Below are positions 10,488-20,062 of a stretch of 64,000 nt of DNA, piece after piece. Positions within the stretch are counted from its first letter, which is position 1; the number at the start of each line of letters is the position of its first letter. The notes below the pieces were generated by a model that was not told the origin of the DNA, ran no database searches, and saw nothing but the letters and a program-made list of their open reading frames with translations. A program made the position numbers and the translations under genes. The stretch is from Gemmatimonas sp. (GTDB taxonomy: Bacteria; Gemmatimonadota; Gemmatimonadetes; Gemmatimonadales; Gemmatimonadaceae): NCBI GenBank assembly GCA_965279375.1, contig OZ257156.1, positions 2,624,001 to 2,688,000 of the forward strand. Reading direction: 5' to 3'.

Positions 10488-11120
10488 GTGATCGCCGGAT
10501 GTCTCGCACTGAATGCGTCGTACGAGCCTCTCACGATGGTGCCGCTTCGGCGCGCACTGCGACTCGTGATCGATGGCAAGGCGGAGATCGTGGAAGCGGA
10601 AACCGGACGCCCGGTGCGCTCGGAGCGCTCGGCATTTCCGCGTCCCGCCGTCATTCGACTCACGCGCTTCGTTCACGTGCCGCGCCGGTTCCGCCGGCAG
10701 GTCACCAACACGTTCCTTTTTGCGCGCGACGACTACCAGTGCCAGTACTGCGGGCGCACGGCCGTCGAGCTCAAGCCGCGTGAAGCGCTCACCCGCGATC
10801 ATCTCATCCCGATCTCGCGCGGTGGCCTCAACGAGTGGACCAACGTCGTCACGGCGTGCAGCCCCTGCAACACGCGGAAGGCCAATCGCCTCCCCGACGA
10901 AATCGGCATGCACCCCATGCACGCGCCCGCTGAGCCGCATTTCGTGCACCTGAGCTGGGCCGTACGTCGCCTCACTCCCATTCAGGCGCAGTACATCCGC
11001 GTCTTCTACGGCGAGGCCACGCTGCGTCAGCTCGAGGAACTCGAGCGCGCCACCACCCGTGGAGCGTCCGGTCGCCTCGTGCACGCCACCGCGCCCGTGA
11101 TCGCGCCGGAACTCCCGTAG
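10488..11120 (+). CDS. HNH endonuclease family protein
   Basis: LNASYEPL N-terminus, RDDYQCQYCG, DHLIPISRGG, NVVTACSPCNTRK; GGGAGG RBS before GTG. Confidence 0.9.
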   Translation: MIAGCLALNASYEPLTMVPLRRALRLVIDGKAEIVEAETGRPVRSERSAFPRPAVIRLTRFVHVPRRFRRQVTNTFLFARDDYQCQYCGRTAVELKPREALTRDHLIPISRGGLNEWTNVVTACSPCNTRKANRLPDEIGMHPMHAPAEPHFVHLSWAVRRLTPIQAQYIRVFYGEATLRQLEELERATTRGASGRLVHATAPVIAPELP

Positions 11121-11138
11121 CGGCCTAACCGTCGACTG

Positions 11139-11813
11139 TCAGAAGACGATAGTCGGCGAGCGCGATTCGAGGTGGCGCACTTCGCCGCCCAGCAAACGGG
11201 TGACCAGCGTCCGCACGCCGGCGCCCACAGCGCCGCCGGGGTTCTTCCGTCCTTGCACCGCCGGACGAATCTCCCCGCGCAACCACCGCTGCACCTCGTC
11301 GAGATCACTCATCTCGACAGTCTGCACATCCACCTGCACCACGATGTAGCCGCGGCGCCCGCGCGAGGGCACGCGAAGCTCAGGTGTGTACGCCAACTCG
11401 CTCGCGGCCACCGCATCGCCGAATGCCGCGTAGCTCCCTAACGGCGTGATGCGATCCTTCGTAATGCGCGCCACGTCATAGCTGCGGTCGATCAGATCGT
11501 AGCGCACGATTACGTCCCACTCGTCGCGCGAAAACAGATCGTCGAACCAGCGCCCCAGCGTCCAGAGTTCAGAGCGGACGTGCAGCCGCGCCGGAAATCC
11601 GTTGCGCAGCAACTCGCCAAACGGCTTGTCGGACAGAACGGACCGCACCGCAACCGCCGGAGCCGCAGGCGACGTGGACGGTGCGATGTCCACGCGCGGC
11701 ACCCCCTGTGCCTGCAGCGGTGCCGACAGCACCGATGTAGAACAGGCGAGAACCAACGTCGCGATCCATACGCGCGCGCGAATCCACCGCCGCGAAGTCG
11801 AACGCGTCGGCAC
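11139..11813 (-). CDS. Exported hypothetical protein, DUF4390-like
   Basis: Signal peptide ending LQAQ; 'LLRNGFP', 'RWFD' and 'VRYDLIDRSYDV' resemble DUF4390. Confidence 0.5.
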   Translation of the reverse strand: MPTRSTSRRWIRARVWIATLVLACSTSVLSAPLQAQGVPRVDIAPSTSPAAPAVAVRSVLSDKPFGELLRNGFPARLHVRSELWTLGRWFDDLFSRDEWDVIVRYDLIDRSYDVARITKDRITPLGSYAAFGDAVAASELAYTPELRVPSRGRRGYIVVQVDVQTVEMSDLDEVQRWLRGEIRPAVQGRKNPGGAVGAGVRTLVTRLLGGEVRHLESRSPTIVF

Positions 11814-11836
11814 GCGGTACTGTCGCGGACGAAGGC

Positions 11837-13654
11837 TCAGAACCGGTGCCCCAGGCGCACGTATACGTTCGGCTTGAGACCACCCTTCGAGACGGCCTGC
11901 GCCACGTACACACCGAAGTCACCAAAGTCGAAGCCGCCGCCGAGATCCGTGCGCCAAGTCCCGATCTCGGGCACGTCCGACAGACCAAATCGCAGCGTGG
12001 GATCCGTGCCGTGCAGCAACCATCCACGACCGCTGTTCGCAAACACGACCCACGCACCATCGGCACTGTAGTGACTCGTCGCGCGCCGACGATCGCCAAA
12101 CCAATCGCGATCGCCGAACAGGCGAATGCGGAAATCACCTCGCCACTCCGCCTGCACCAACAGCATGCGCTCACACTGCGCCGGTCGGCCCAGCTGCACG
12201 TACGCGGCGTTGTCGCCGGTCGCGCACGTACCCACGTCGGCCGCGTCGAGTGAACGTCGGAAGTCGAACCCAGGCAACGCATCGATCCCACTCACGGACA
12301 CCCGTCGCTGCAACGGCAGTGCATCGCCGCCAACCCAGCCGCCCAATACCGCGCGAAGGTTGAGCTGCGCGCCGGGGGCCAGTCGGTTATAGCGCCGCAG
12401 GTCCAACAGCCCTCGCGAATACTCCACCTCGCCGATCGTCGCATCTCGCACGCCCGGTGTGGTCGGCGCGATCCGACTCAGACGCCCGCTCCCGCGCTCC
12501 ATCTGCGCGAACAACAGCCAACCGGAATTGGGCGTGGCCGCATTGTTGCGCGTATCGATCGTCGCGGTCACCGTCGCCAGATGCAGCACGCCCTCGTCAC
12601 TCGCCGGATTCGCTCGCCACGGCTTGTCGTCCGTCAGCGACCACACTCCCCGCGCGGTTCGGGACGTCCAGCGCTCTTCGCCATACTCGGCACGGAGCTC
12701 GTTGCCGCGTCCTGCGAAGAGCGCCACATGCGCAGACGCACCGTGCCGCTGCCAGTAGTCGCGATAGTCACGCGCCGCCAGGAACGTCGCCAAGCCGATC
12801 TCACGCTCCGTCAGCTGCCACTGCTCCATCGGATCGATCACGTCGAACAGGCGTCCACCCACCTTCACACCCGCACGTTCGCCACGCTGCACCTCGAGCA
12901 AGGCGCGGTGCCCGCGATTCGCCGGTGTCCATTCCAGCCGTTCACCGGTACGTACCACGCCGAACAGTTCCACAATCGCGCGTGTCTTCCCAGACACCGC
13001 ACGCAGGCGCGGACCGATGTAGATCGGCAACCCTTCGACGCGGTTGTACGTGTGCGCCGACGTGAGAAAGAGCTCGCTGTGCGTGCCATCATTCGTCGGC
13101 TTCCATCGTGAAAGCCTCGTGAAAAGCTCCCGCTCCGCATCGGCCGTCAGCGTGTCTCCCGACTCGCGATACTTGAGGCGCGCCGACCAGATGCGTACAT
13201 CGCCGCCGACTGAGGCCGACGCGGGCGCCGTCAACGTGCCTCCCACGATCGTGAGGGTCCCGCCGACTCGGGCGTCGCCTGCGACGGACACGTCGCTGTT
13301 GATCGCGAAGAGCTGCCCAAGTACCACGCCGTTGATGCGCGCACGCCCCTCGAGCACCGCGAGATCGCCACGCACCGTGTCGCCCACGGCAATCGACACC
13401 TCGCCACGAACCCGGCGCGTGCGCGGCGAATTCCAGAGCGCGACCGCTTCCTGCGCCACCTCATGCGGGACGCTGCCCAGACGACGTTCATCGGTGCGCA
13501 GCTCGCTACCGCTCGCCGGTCGGGCCTGCGCGACAAGACGCGCAGGCCAACTCAGGACGGGCAGGCACAGCGCGCACAGCACGACGGCGACGACGCCATC
13601 GCGTAGACCTAGCGCTGGATGAACGGAAGATGTTGGAGCGAGTCGAGGCGGCAT
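11837..13654 (-). CDS. Outer-membrane protein: N-terminal beta-helix-like repeats plus Omp85/BamA-TamA-like barrel
   Basis: Signal-like hydrophobic segment, V-x-G-D repeats, YNRVEGL motif, amphipathic strands and terminal RLGHRF. Confidence 0.6.
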   Translation of the reverse strand: MPPRLAPTSSVHPALGLRDGVVAVVLCALCLPVLSWPARLVAQARPASGSELRTDERRLGSVPHEVAQEAVALWNSPRTRRVRGEVSIAVGDTVRGDLAVLEGRARINGVVLGQLFAINSDVSVAGDARVGGTLTIVGGTLTAPASASVGGDVRIWSARLKYRESGDTLTADAERELFTRLSRWKPTNDGTHSELFLTSAHTYNRVEGLPIYIGPRLRAVSGKTRAIVELFGVVRTGERLEWTPANRGHRALLEVQRGERAGVKVGGRLFDVIDPMEQWQLTEREIGLATFLAARDYRDYWQRHGASAHVALFAGRGNELRAEYGEERWTSRTARGVWSLTDDKPWRANPASDEGVLHLATVTATIDTRNNAATPNSGWLLFAQMERGSGRLSRIAPTTPGVRDATIGEVEYSRGLLDLRRYNRLAPGAQLNLRAVLGGWVGGDALPLQRRVSVSGIDALPGFDFRRSLDAADVGTCATGDNAAYVQLGRPAQCERMLLVQAEWRGDFRIRLFGDRDWFGDRRRATSHYSADGAWVVFANSGRGWLLHGTDPTLRFGLSDVPEIGTWRTDLGGGFDFGDFGVYVAQAVSKGGLKPNVYVRLGHRF

Positions 13655-13700
13655 CGTCGTCACTCTGCGGAGGGAGAAGCGGTGTAGTACACCCACGGCA

Positions 13701-15086
13701 TCACTCGTTCGCGGTCGCAATGCCGAGTCGGCGCATGCGCCGATAGAGATTGGGACGATCGGTCTGGAGGCGTCGCGCAGCCTCGGCAACGCTACCGTCC
13801 GACTCTGCCAATGCGGCCGCAATGAGTCGGCGCTCATAGTCGTCGAGCGCATCGCTCAGTGCGAGCCCGGTGATCGCCGGAACGTCCGCGGCCATCGCGA
13901 CCGGATCGGCGCGCTCTCCCGCCGCCAACGGCAGCACGGAACGCACTTGTAGGTCGCCGATCTCCGCTCCGGCGTGCAGAATCGCCAGCCGTTCCACCAC
14001 GTTCGCCAGTTCGCGCACGTTCCCAGGCCAGCGATAGTCGGCCAGCATGGCCAGCGCATTCTCACGCCACCGCACGAGCGGCTGCCCGGTGCGACTGCGG
14101 TGCCGATCGGAAAAATGACGCACGAGCGAGGGCAGGTCACCGGGACGCTCGCGCAGCGGCGGCAGCGAGATCGGGATCACGTTCAGTCGAAAGAACAGAT
14201 CCTCGCGGAAGCTGCCGTCGGCGACGGCGCGCGTCAGATCCTTGTTGGTCGCCGCCAGAATCCGCACGTCGACCTTGATCGGCTTGCCGCCGCCCACGCG
14301 CTCGATTTCCCGCGCCTCGATGGCGCGCAGCAGCTTCGCCTGCGCCTCTGCACCCAGATCGCCTACTTCGTCGAGGAACAGCGTGCCCGTATGCGCCAGC
14401 TCAAAGCGACCAAGCCGCCGCTCGGTAGCGCCGGTAAAGGCGCCACGCTCGTGCCCGAACATCTCGCTTTCCACAAGATCGCGTGGAATCGCCGCACAAT
14501 TCACGCGCACGAACGGTCGATCGCGACGCGGACTTCCCACGTGCAGCGCCGCAGCGACCAGCTCCTTTCCTGTGCCTGACTCGCCCGTGATCAGCACTCG
14601 CGCGTCCGTCGGCCCGACGCGCGCAATCATTGCGCGCACATCGCGCATCGCTGGCGAGTCCCCGATCATCTCGCCGGAAATTCCCAGGTCTTCGCGCAGC
14701 GCCTGCGCCGCGCGTCGCGCCTGTCGCAACTCGAACGCGGACGCGAGCGCGAGCAGCACACCTTCCGGCGTGAGTGGCTTCTCGAGAAAGGTGAAGGCAC
14801 CCAGCTTCGTCGCACGCACCGCGTCCGTCAGCGCCGCGCGCCCACTCATCATCACCACCGGCAAGTCCGGACGTCGCTCGCGCAACCGTGCCAGGAGCGC
14901 CAGTCCATCCAGTTCGCCCGGCATCATCAAATCCACCAGCGCCACATCCGGCTCGATGGCGTTCGCCATCGCCAGTCCCGCCGCACCGTCCGCTGCATCA
15001 CGCACGTCATAGCCTTCGCCGGCGAGCAGCGCGGCAACCATCCGCCGAATGTTCGGCTCGTCATCGACAATCAGGACGCTCGGCAT
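13701..15086 (-). CDS. Sigma-54-dependent response regulator (NtrC/NtrX family)
   Basis: Receiver LIVDDE..DLMMP..EKP, AAA+ GESGTGKE, GAFTGA, WPGNVREL and Fis-type HTH. Confidence 0.95.
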   Translation of the reverse strand: MPSVLIVDDEPNIRRMVAALLAGEGYDVRDAADGAAGLAMANAIEPDVALVDLMMPGELDGLALLARLRERRPDLPVVMMSGRAALTDAVRATKLGAFTFLEKPLTPEGVLLALASAFELRQARRAAQALREDLGISGEMIGDSPAMRDVRAMIARVGPTDARVLITGESGTGKELVAAALHVGSPRRDRPFVRVNCAAIPRDLVESEMFGHERGAFTGATERRLGRFELAHTGTLFLDEVGDLGAEAQAKLLRAIEAREIERVGGGKPIKVDVRILAATNKDLTRAVADGSFREDLFFRLNVIPISLPPLRERPGDLPSLVRHFSDRHRSRTGQPLVRWRENALAMLADYRWPGNVRELANVVERLAILHAGAEIGDLQVRSVLPLAAGERADPVAMAADVPAITGLALSDALDDYERRLIAAALAESDGSVAEAARRLQTDRPNLYRRMRRLGIATANE

Positions 15087-15133
15087 CAGCGCGGCATCAC
15101 TGCGGCCAACGCGTGACGCGCCAGCACGAACGG

Positions 15134-15784
15134 TTAGTCATGACTGGGCTCCGTCTTTTCTCGCTCGGCACGCGAGGCAAACTCACGGGCAGGGGACTGT
15201 GACCGTTCGGTGAGCACGCGCGTGGTGAAGCGCTGCGCTTCACTCATACGCTCAACCTCTTCGGCGATGGATTCGACGGCGCGCTCGATCGCCTGCAAAC
15301 GACGCGCGTTCTCGGCGTCCGCAGGCGACGACGCGGTGCGGCGTTCCAACAGATGCATCACGATACGGAAGACCGGTGCCCCGAGAGCGATCAGCAGCAA
15401 CGCCATCAGAACGCTGTTGTCAAAAATCGAGCGCCTGACAGGCATCTCGCGCTCTCGTCCCGGAGGTCCGTTCGTATACGCCGGCAGTATGCGCCGACCG
15501 CCAACAGCGACGCCATCCTTGTCCATCACGATGGTCGTGCTGCCGCCTTTCCCGTCGGGGATCGTGATGGTGCGCTGCCCCTGCGCGTCCTGGGACACGA
15601 GCATCGCGGGGACATCTTTCGACACACCGGCCTTCGTAGCCGCCTCCGACTGCTGCCGATCCGCCGCATCGAGCCTCGCGTGCAGCGCTTCGCGTTTGGA
15701 CTCACTCGCTGCACTGTTCGCGAACTGCGTATTGGACGGCACCTGCGCGCCGGTCTGTGTCCCGCTCTGCGCCTGCAAGATCAC
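15134..15784 (-). CDS. Hypothetical single-pass membrane protein, paralog 3
   Basis: TM segment then RLQAIERAVESIAEEVERMSEAQRF; GTGA overlap with the upstream paralog. Confidence 0.75.
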   Translation of the reverse strand: MILQAQSGTQTGAQVPSNTQFANSAASESKREALHARLDAADRQQSEAATKAGVSKDVPAMLVSQDAQGQRTITIPDGKGGSTTIVMDKDGVAVGGRRILPAYTNGPPGREREMPVRRSIFDNSVLMALLLIALGAPVFRIVMHLLERRTASSPADAENARRLQAIERAVESIAEEVERMSEAQRFTTRVLTERSQSPAREFASRAEREKTEPSHD

Positions 15785-16410
15785 GCGCGCGGCACCGTCG
15801 CGCGGTCAGCTGCCGCCACGAAGTCGCCAGCAGGTGCCTGCGCACGTTCCGCCAGCAGCTTGGCAGCAAAACGCTGTCCCTCGCCCATGCGCTCCATCTC
15901 GACGGCGACGGTCTCCACGGCCTGCTCGATTCTATCGAGTCGCTGCAGCACCGGTGCCGAAACCACGGGCGCTGCCGTGCGGCGATCGAGCCATCGCGCG
16001 AACGCGCGCACCATCGGGATACCAAGCACGATGACGACCGCAGCGAAGGACACATCCTTTACAATCTCAAGCACACCAGGCGGCACATCGCGGCTTTCGC
16101 GCGCGGGAGCGGTCGACGCGGTCACGTCGCCCACACGCACACCCTCTGGGCCGATCGTGATCAGCGTCGTGCCGCCTCGTCCGTCGGGTACGGAGAACAC
16201 TCGCGTCGATCCACCGGGGCCGTCGTTGGTGGTCACGAGCGTGGGATTGCCTTCCTGGCTGGTCGCGATGTCTCGCGCCGCATCCGCGTTGGCGCGTGCG
16301 TCAGCGGCCGTGGCACGTGCCTGCTCTGCGGCCTGCTGCGCCTGAACCGCTCCCTGCTCTGCGGACTGGCTGGCCTGTTGCGCCGCGTCGCGCGCGTTCT
16401 GCGTGATCAT
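15781..16410 (-). CDS. Hypothetical single-pass membrane protein, paralog 2
   Basis: TM then RAFARWLDRR and RLDRIEQAVETVAVEMERMGEGQRF. Confidence 0.8.
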   Translation of the reverse strand: MITQNARDAAQQASQSAEQGAVQAQQAAEQARATAADARANADAARDIATSQEGNPTLVTTNDGPGGSTRVFSVPDGRGGTTLITIGPEGVRVGDVTASTAPARESRDVPPGVLEIVKDVSFAAVVIVLGIPMVRAFARWLDRRTAAPVVSAPVLQRLDRIEQAVETVAVEMERMGEGQRFAAKLLAERAQAPAGDFVAAADRATVPRA

Positions 16411-16447
16411 GTGCTGGCCTCCGGATGACCCAAAGTCGTGGATACGC

Positions 16448-17077
16448 TCATCGCCGCGTCTGCTCCACCGGTACGCGCTCGGCGGGAGCGCCCATCGGCA
16501 TCTGGGGCCGCTCGCTCAACAGCTTGTTGGTGAAGCGCTGTCCTTCGCTCACGCGCTCCAGCTCCACCGCAACTGTGTCGATGTTGCGTTCCATTGCGTC
16601 GAGTCGCGCCTGCACGTCGGCGGAGAGCGACGTGGACTGCTTGGAGAACGTGTTCCGACGGTCGAGCCAGCGCGCAAACGCGCGCGCGATCGGTGTGCCC
16701 ACGACGAGCAACACCAGCGTGGCCATGCTCGCATAGGCCAGGTCGGTCACGCCACGCGGAATCACCTGATTGATCGGAATAGTGGTGCTCCCCTGACCAT
16801 CCTGACTCACGTGAATTCCTTGACCATCCACGCTGATCTGGATGTCGTCTCCGCCATCGGTCGGAATCACGATCGTGCCGGGCGCACGCGCCGGACCGCC
16901 ACCTTGCGCGTCGGCGCCGCGCGCTGCGCGAGCTGCATCACGCGCCTGGTTCGCCGCCTGTCGCGCCTGATTCGCTGCGTCGCGCGCCGCCTGATTCGCG
17001 TCGTTGATGGCCTCGCGCACCTGTTGCTGCACGTCGCTCTGTCGACTGCTCGACTGACTGGTGGTGCGCATGCTCAT
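16448..17077 (-). CDS. Hypothetical single-pass membrane protein, paralog 1
   Basis: TM then RAFARWLDRR and RLDAMERNIDTVAVELERVSEGQRF; ATG 17077 overlaps the kinase TGA (ATGA). Confidence 0.8.
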   Translation of the reverse strand: MSMRTTSQSSSRQSDVQQQVREAINDANQAARDAANQARQAANQARDAARAARGADAQGGGPARAPGTIVIPTDGGDDIQISVDGQGIHVSQDGQGSTTIPINQVIPRGVTDLAYASMATLVLLVVGTPIARAFARWLDRRNTFSKQSTSLSADVQARLDAMERNIDTVAVELERVSEGQRFTNKLLSERPQMPMGAPAERVPVEQTRR

Positions 17078-18393
17078 GCTCCCTGAACGCCGGTGATCGG
17101 CAGGCGCAATCGCAACTCCGTGCCCGCCCCTGGAGTACTCGTTGCCTCGATGACGCCGTGGTGCGCCACTACGGTCTGCTGGGCAATCGCCAACCCAAGC
17201 CCGGTGCCGCCCGGCTTGGTTGTCATGTACGGCTCGAAGATGTGCGCCAATGCGTCCTCGCTGATGCCGCATCCACTGTCGCGTACCGCGATCCGCAGCG
17301 CGTCGCGATCATCCAGCTGATCACGCTGCACGCGCACCGCAATCTCGGCGCGTTCGCCGCACGTCATGCACGCGTCGACGGCGTTGAGCAGCACGTTCGC
17401 CACGGCACGGACCAATGGCTCGTGAAACCCCATCACCAGCGGCAGCCCTGGTTCCACGTCGAGGGAGACGGTCAGCCCCTCCGGAATCGTGTTGCGAACG
17501 GTACGGGTGACCAGCTCCGCGATATCAATCTCCGCCGCTGGTCCATCTGGTAGACGCCCGAACTGCGCGAAGCTGCGCGCCATCACGTCCAGTCGCGCCG
17601 ACTCCTCCGCCAGCACATCTACCGTCTCGCGCAATTCGTCTGGGACGCTGCGTCGCAGGCGCTCCACAGCGAAGCGAATCGGCGTCAGCGGATTCTTGAG
17701 TTCGTGCGCAAACCGGCGCGCTGATTCGCGAAAGGCATCCGCGCGCTCGGCCTCCAGGGCCCGTCGTCGTCCGATCTCGAGCTCGCGCACCATCGTTCGC
17801 ATCCCCGTTCGCAGGACCTCAAACTCCGGAGCGCCTGGGCGCTCGGTCTGCTCCGGTACCGCGCGCCCGGTGCGAATGAGTCCAGTCCACCCCACCAATT
17901 CATCCAACGGCCGACTGAGCTGGCGACTGAGATGCCCCGCCACGCGCGACGCACCCACGGCCACGAGCACGACCACCACCAGCGCTCCGACCAACACCAC
18001 GCGCATCGTGCGCGCGGCCACAAAGTCGAAACGCGTCCCCAACTCCACCGACTCACGCAGCTCTCGCTCATGCCGATCGAGCAGCTGTCGCTGTTCGGCG
18101 GTAAGCGGAAGCGACCGCGCTGCCGCAATCGCTCCCTCTCCACTGCGCGCCACCCGCTCCCACGCCGATCCCGACGACATCATCGAAAGCGCACGGCTGG
18201 CCGTGCCGGTCCAGAGCGCGGTGACCGCAATCGTCGGTACGACAGCGAACAGCAGCAGCATCGCGAACAGACGCGACCGGAACGGCGCGCGACTCCGTGA
18301 ACGCGTGCGCTCCCTACGCGGGTCGCCAAACGAGGGTTTCTCGTCAGCAATTTCCCCGATGGGATCGCTGGTCGGCTTCCGCATCTCCTTCAT
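17074..18393 (-). CDS. Sensor histidine kinase, NtrY-like (start uncertain)
   Basis: Two TMs, HAMP-like linker, H-box AHELKNPLTP, N-box NVLLNA, DSGCG, GTGLGL. Confidence 0.9.
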   Translation of the reverse strand: MKEMRKPTSDPIGEIADEKPSFGDPRRERTRSRSRAPFRSRLFAMLLLFAVVPTIAVTALWTGTASRALSMMSSGSAWERVARSGEGAIAAARSLPLTAEQRQLLDRHERELRESVELGTRFDFVAARTMRVVLVGALVVVVLVAVGASRVAGHLSRQLSRPLDELVGWTGLIRTGRAVPEQTERPGAPEFEVLRTGMRTMVRELEIGRRRALEAERADAFRESARRFAHELKNPLTPIRFAVERLRRSVPDELRETVDVLAEESARLDVMARSFAQFGRLPDGPAAEIDIAELVTRTVRNTIPEGLTVSLDVEPGLPLVMGFHEPLVRAVANVLLNAVDACMTCGERAEIAVRVQRDQLDDRDALRIAVRDSGCGISEDALAHIFEPYMTTKPGGTGLGLAIAQQTVVAHHGVIEATSTPGAGTELRLRLPITGVQGA

Positions 18394-18475
18394 ACCAGAT
18401 AATTTACGCGGCTGTACCCGGTCGGCACGTCTCTCTCCCGCCGCCGAGTATTGCACGCGTCGATCCTGGAGTGGA

Positions 18476-20059
18476 ATGGCAACGTCGTGGTCCTTTGCCC
18501 CCCTCGTCGAACAGCGCGCCCGAGAACACCCGGAGCGCCCGCTCGCGATTATCGGGGAACGGACGTGGACCTACGGGCAGGTCGACGCACAAGCGTCGTC
18601 CCTTGCCGCGGCATTCTCTGAACTCGGCCTCGGAGCAGGCGATCGCATTGCGGTCAACTTGCCCAACGGGGTCGAGTGGGTCGTGTCGTTGCTCGCGTGC
18701 GCGAAGTTGGGTGCGGTCGTCGTGCCGGTCAGCCCGCAGCTCAGCAGTCACGATCTGCGGTATCAGTTGCGGCACGCGGAAGCGAGTGCGGTCGTCACCA
18801 TCGAGCGCTATGCGGGGATCGATTTCCTGCAGCGCTTCGAAGATCTGCTCGGTGACCTCCCCGATCTGCAGTACGTCGTCACAGTCGGCGACGAGGATTT
18901 GTGGTACGACGACCGCATCTTTCAGTTCGAGGATCTGGTCTCGAGCGGCTCCGGCCGTGACTACCCGCGCCCTGCGGAGTACAACGAGGACATGGATCTT
19001 GCCGTGCTCTACACGTCAGGAACCATGGGCAAGCCGAAGGGAGTCCGCCTGTCGCATCGGGCGGTGGTCGAGAATGCGGTGCGCAGCGCCGAAGCCGTCG
19101 AGCTTTCCCCCGACGATCGCGTGCTGCCGTCTGTTCCGCTCTTCGCCATCTTCGGGTTCAGTGTGATGGTGGGGACGATCGTAGCGGGGGCGACGCTCGT
19201 GTTGCGCCCTGCGTCCGATGCCGCCGGAGTGCTTGCGCTGATCGACGCGCGGCAGGTCACCGTGCTGCACGGAGTCCCCACGCTGTATCACCTCCTCATG
19301 CGAGAGGAGGCGTTCGACCAGTCACGCGTACGTTCGCTGCGCACCGGCGTCATCGCCGGAAGTTCGGTTGACGAGGAGCTGGTACGCCGAGTCCGTCGCT
19401 GGTGCGACGTGCTCGTGGCGTACGGACTCACGGAAACCGGTGCCGCGGTCACCATGACACGTTTCACCGATCGCGACGACAATCGTCAGGGTTCGGTGGG
19501 ACGCGCGCTCCCAGGCGTGGAAGTCATGGCGGTAGACGTCGTGACCGGGTTGCTGCACGGACCCGAAGCGGTCGGCGAGATCGCCGTGCGCGGGTCCAAT
19601 CTCATGCGCGGGTACCTGCGCATGCCGGCGGAGACCGCAAAGGTCCACACGCCGGAAGGCTTCTTCCTCACCGGCGATCTCGGCATCATCGATGAGGATG
19701 GGTACGTAAAGATTCTCGGACGGCGACAGGAGACGATCACTCGCGGAGGACGGCAGCTCTATCCCCGCGAGCTCGAAGAACGGCTCCGCGCGCATCCGGC
19801 AGTTGACGATGTCTGCGTGATCGGTGTTCCCCACGATGTGCTGGGGGAGCAGGTGTGCGCATGCATCGTTCCAGTTGAAGGCGCCGTTATCACGGGCAGC
19901 GAAATCAAGCGCTTCGCCCTCGAGACGATGACGGCGTACAAGGTTCCCGATCTCGTCCGCTTCTTCGATGTCTTCCCCATGACGGGGAGCGGCAAAGTCA
20001 GGCGGCGAGAACTCGCGCGTGCAATCGCGCTCGATCACACAGTTTCGCATACCGGGTAG
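18476..20059 (+). CDS. Class I adenylate-forming enzyme (acyl-CoA ligase)
   Basis: YTSGTMGKPKG, YGLTET, TGDLG, SGKV. Confidence 0.92.
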   Translation: MATSWSFAPLVEQRAREHPERPLAIIGERTWTYGQVDAQASSLAAAFSELGLGAGDRIAVNLPNGVEWVVSLLACAKLGAVVVPVSPQLSSHDLRYQLRHAEASAVVTIERYAGIDFLQRFEDLLGDLPDLQYVVTVGDEDLWYDDRIFQFEDLVSSGSGRDYPRPAEYNEDMDLAVLYTSGTMGKPKGVRLSHRAVVENAVRSAEAVELSPDDRVLPSVPLFAIFGFSVMVGTIVAGATLVLRPASDAAGVLALIDARQVTVLHGVPTLYHLLMREEAFDQSRVRSLRTGVIAGSSVDEELVRRVRRWCDVLVAYGLTETGAAVTMTRFTDRDDNRQGSVGRALPGVEVMAVDVVTGLLHGPEAVGEIAVRGSNLMRGYLRMPAETAKVHTPEGFFLTGDLGIIDEDGYVKILGRRQETITRGGRQLYPRELEERLRAHPAVDDVCVIGVPHDVLGEQVCACIVPVEGAVITGSEIKRFALETMTAYKVPDLVRFFDVFPMTGSGKVRRRELARAIALDHTVSHTG

Positions 20060-20062
20060 GAC

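Noticed and set aside
10488..11120. HNH nuclease as a mobile element or defence system
   Set aside because: Widespread stand-alone HNH type; no flanking repeats, methylase, intron or ncRNA recognised.
17489..18475. Apparent 330-aa N-terminal extension of the acyl-CoA ligase
   Set aside because: It is the antisense of the histidine kinase; the ligase plausibly starts at ATG 18476.
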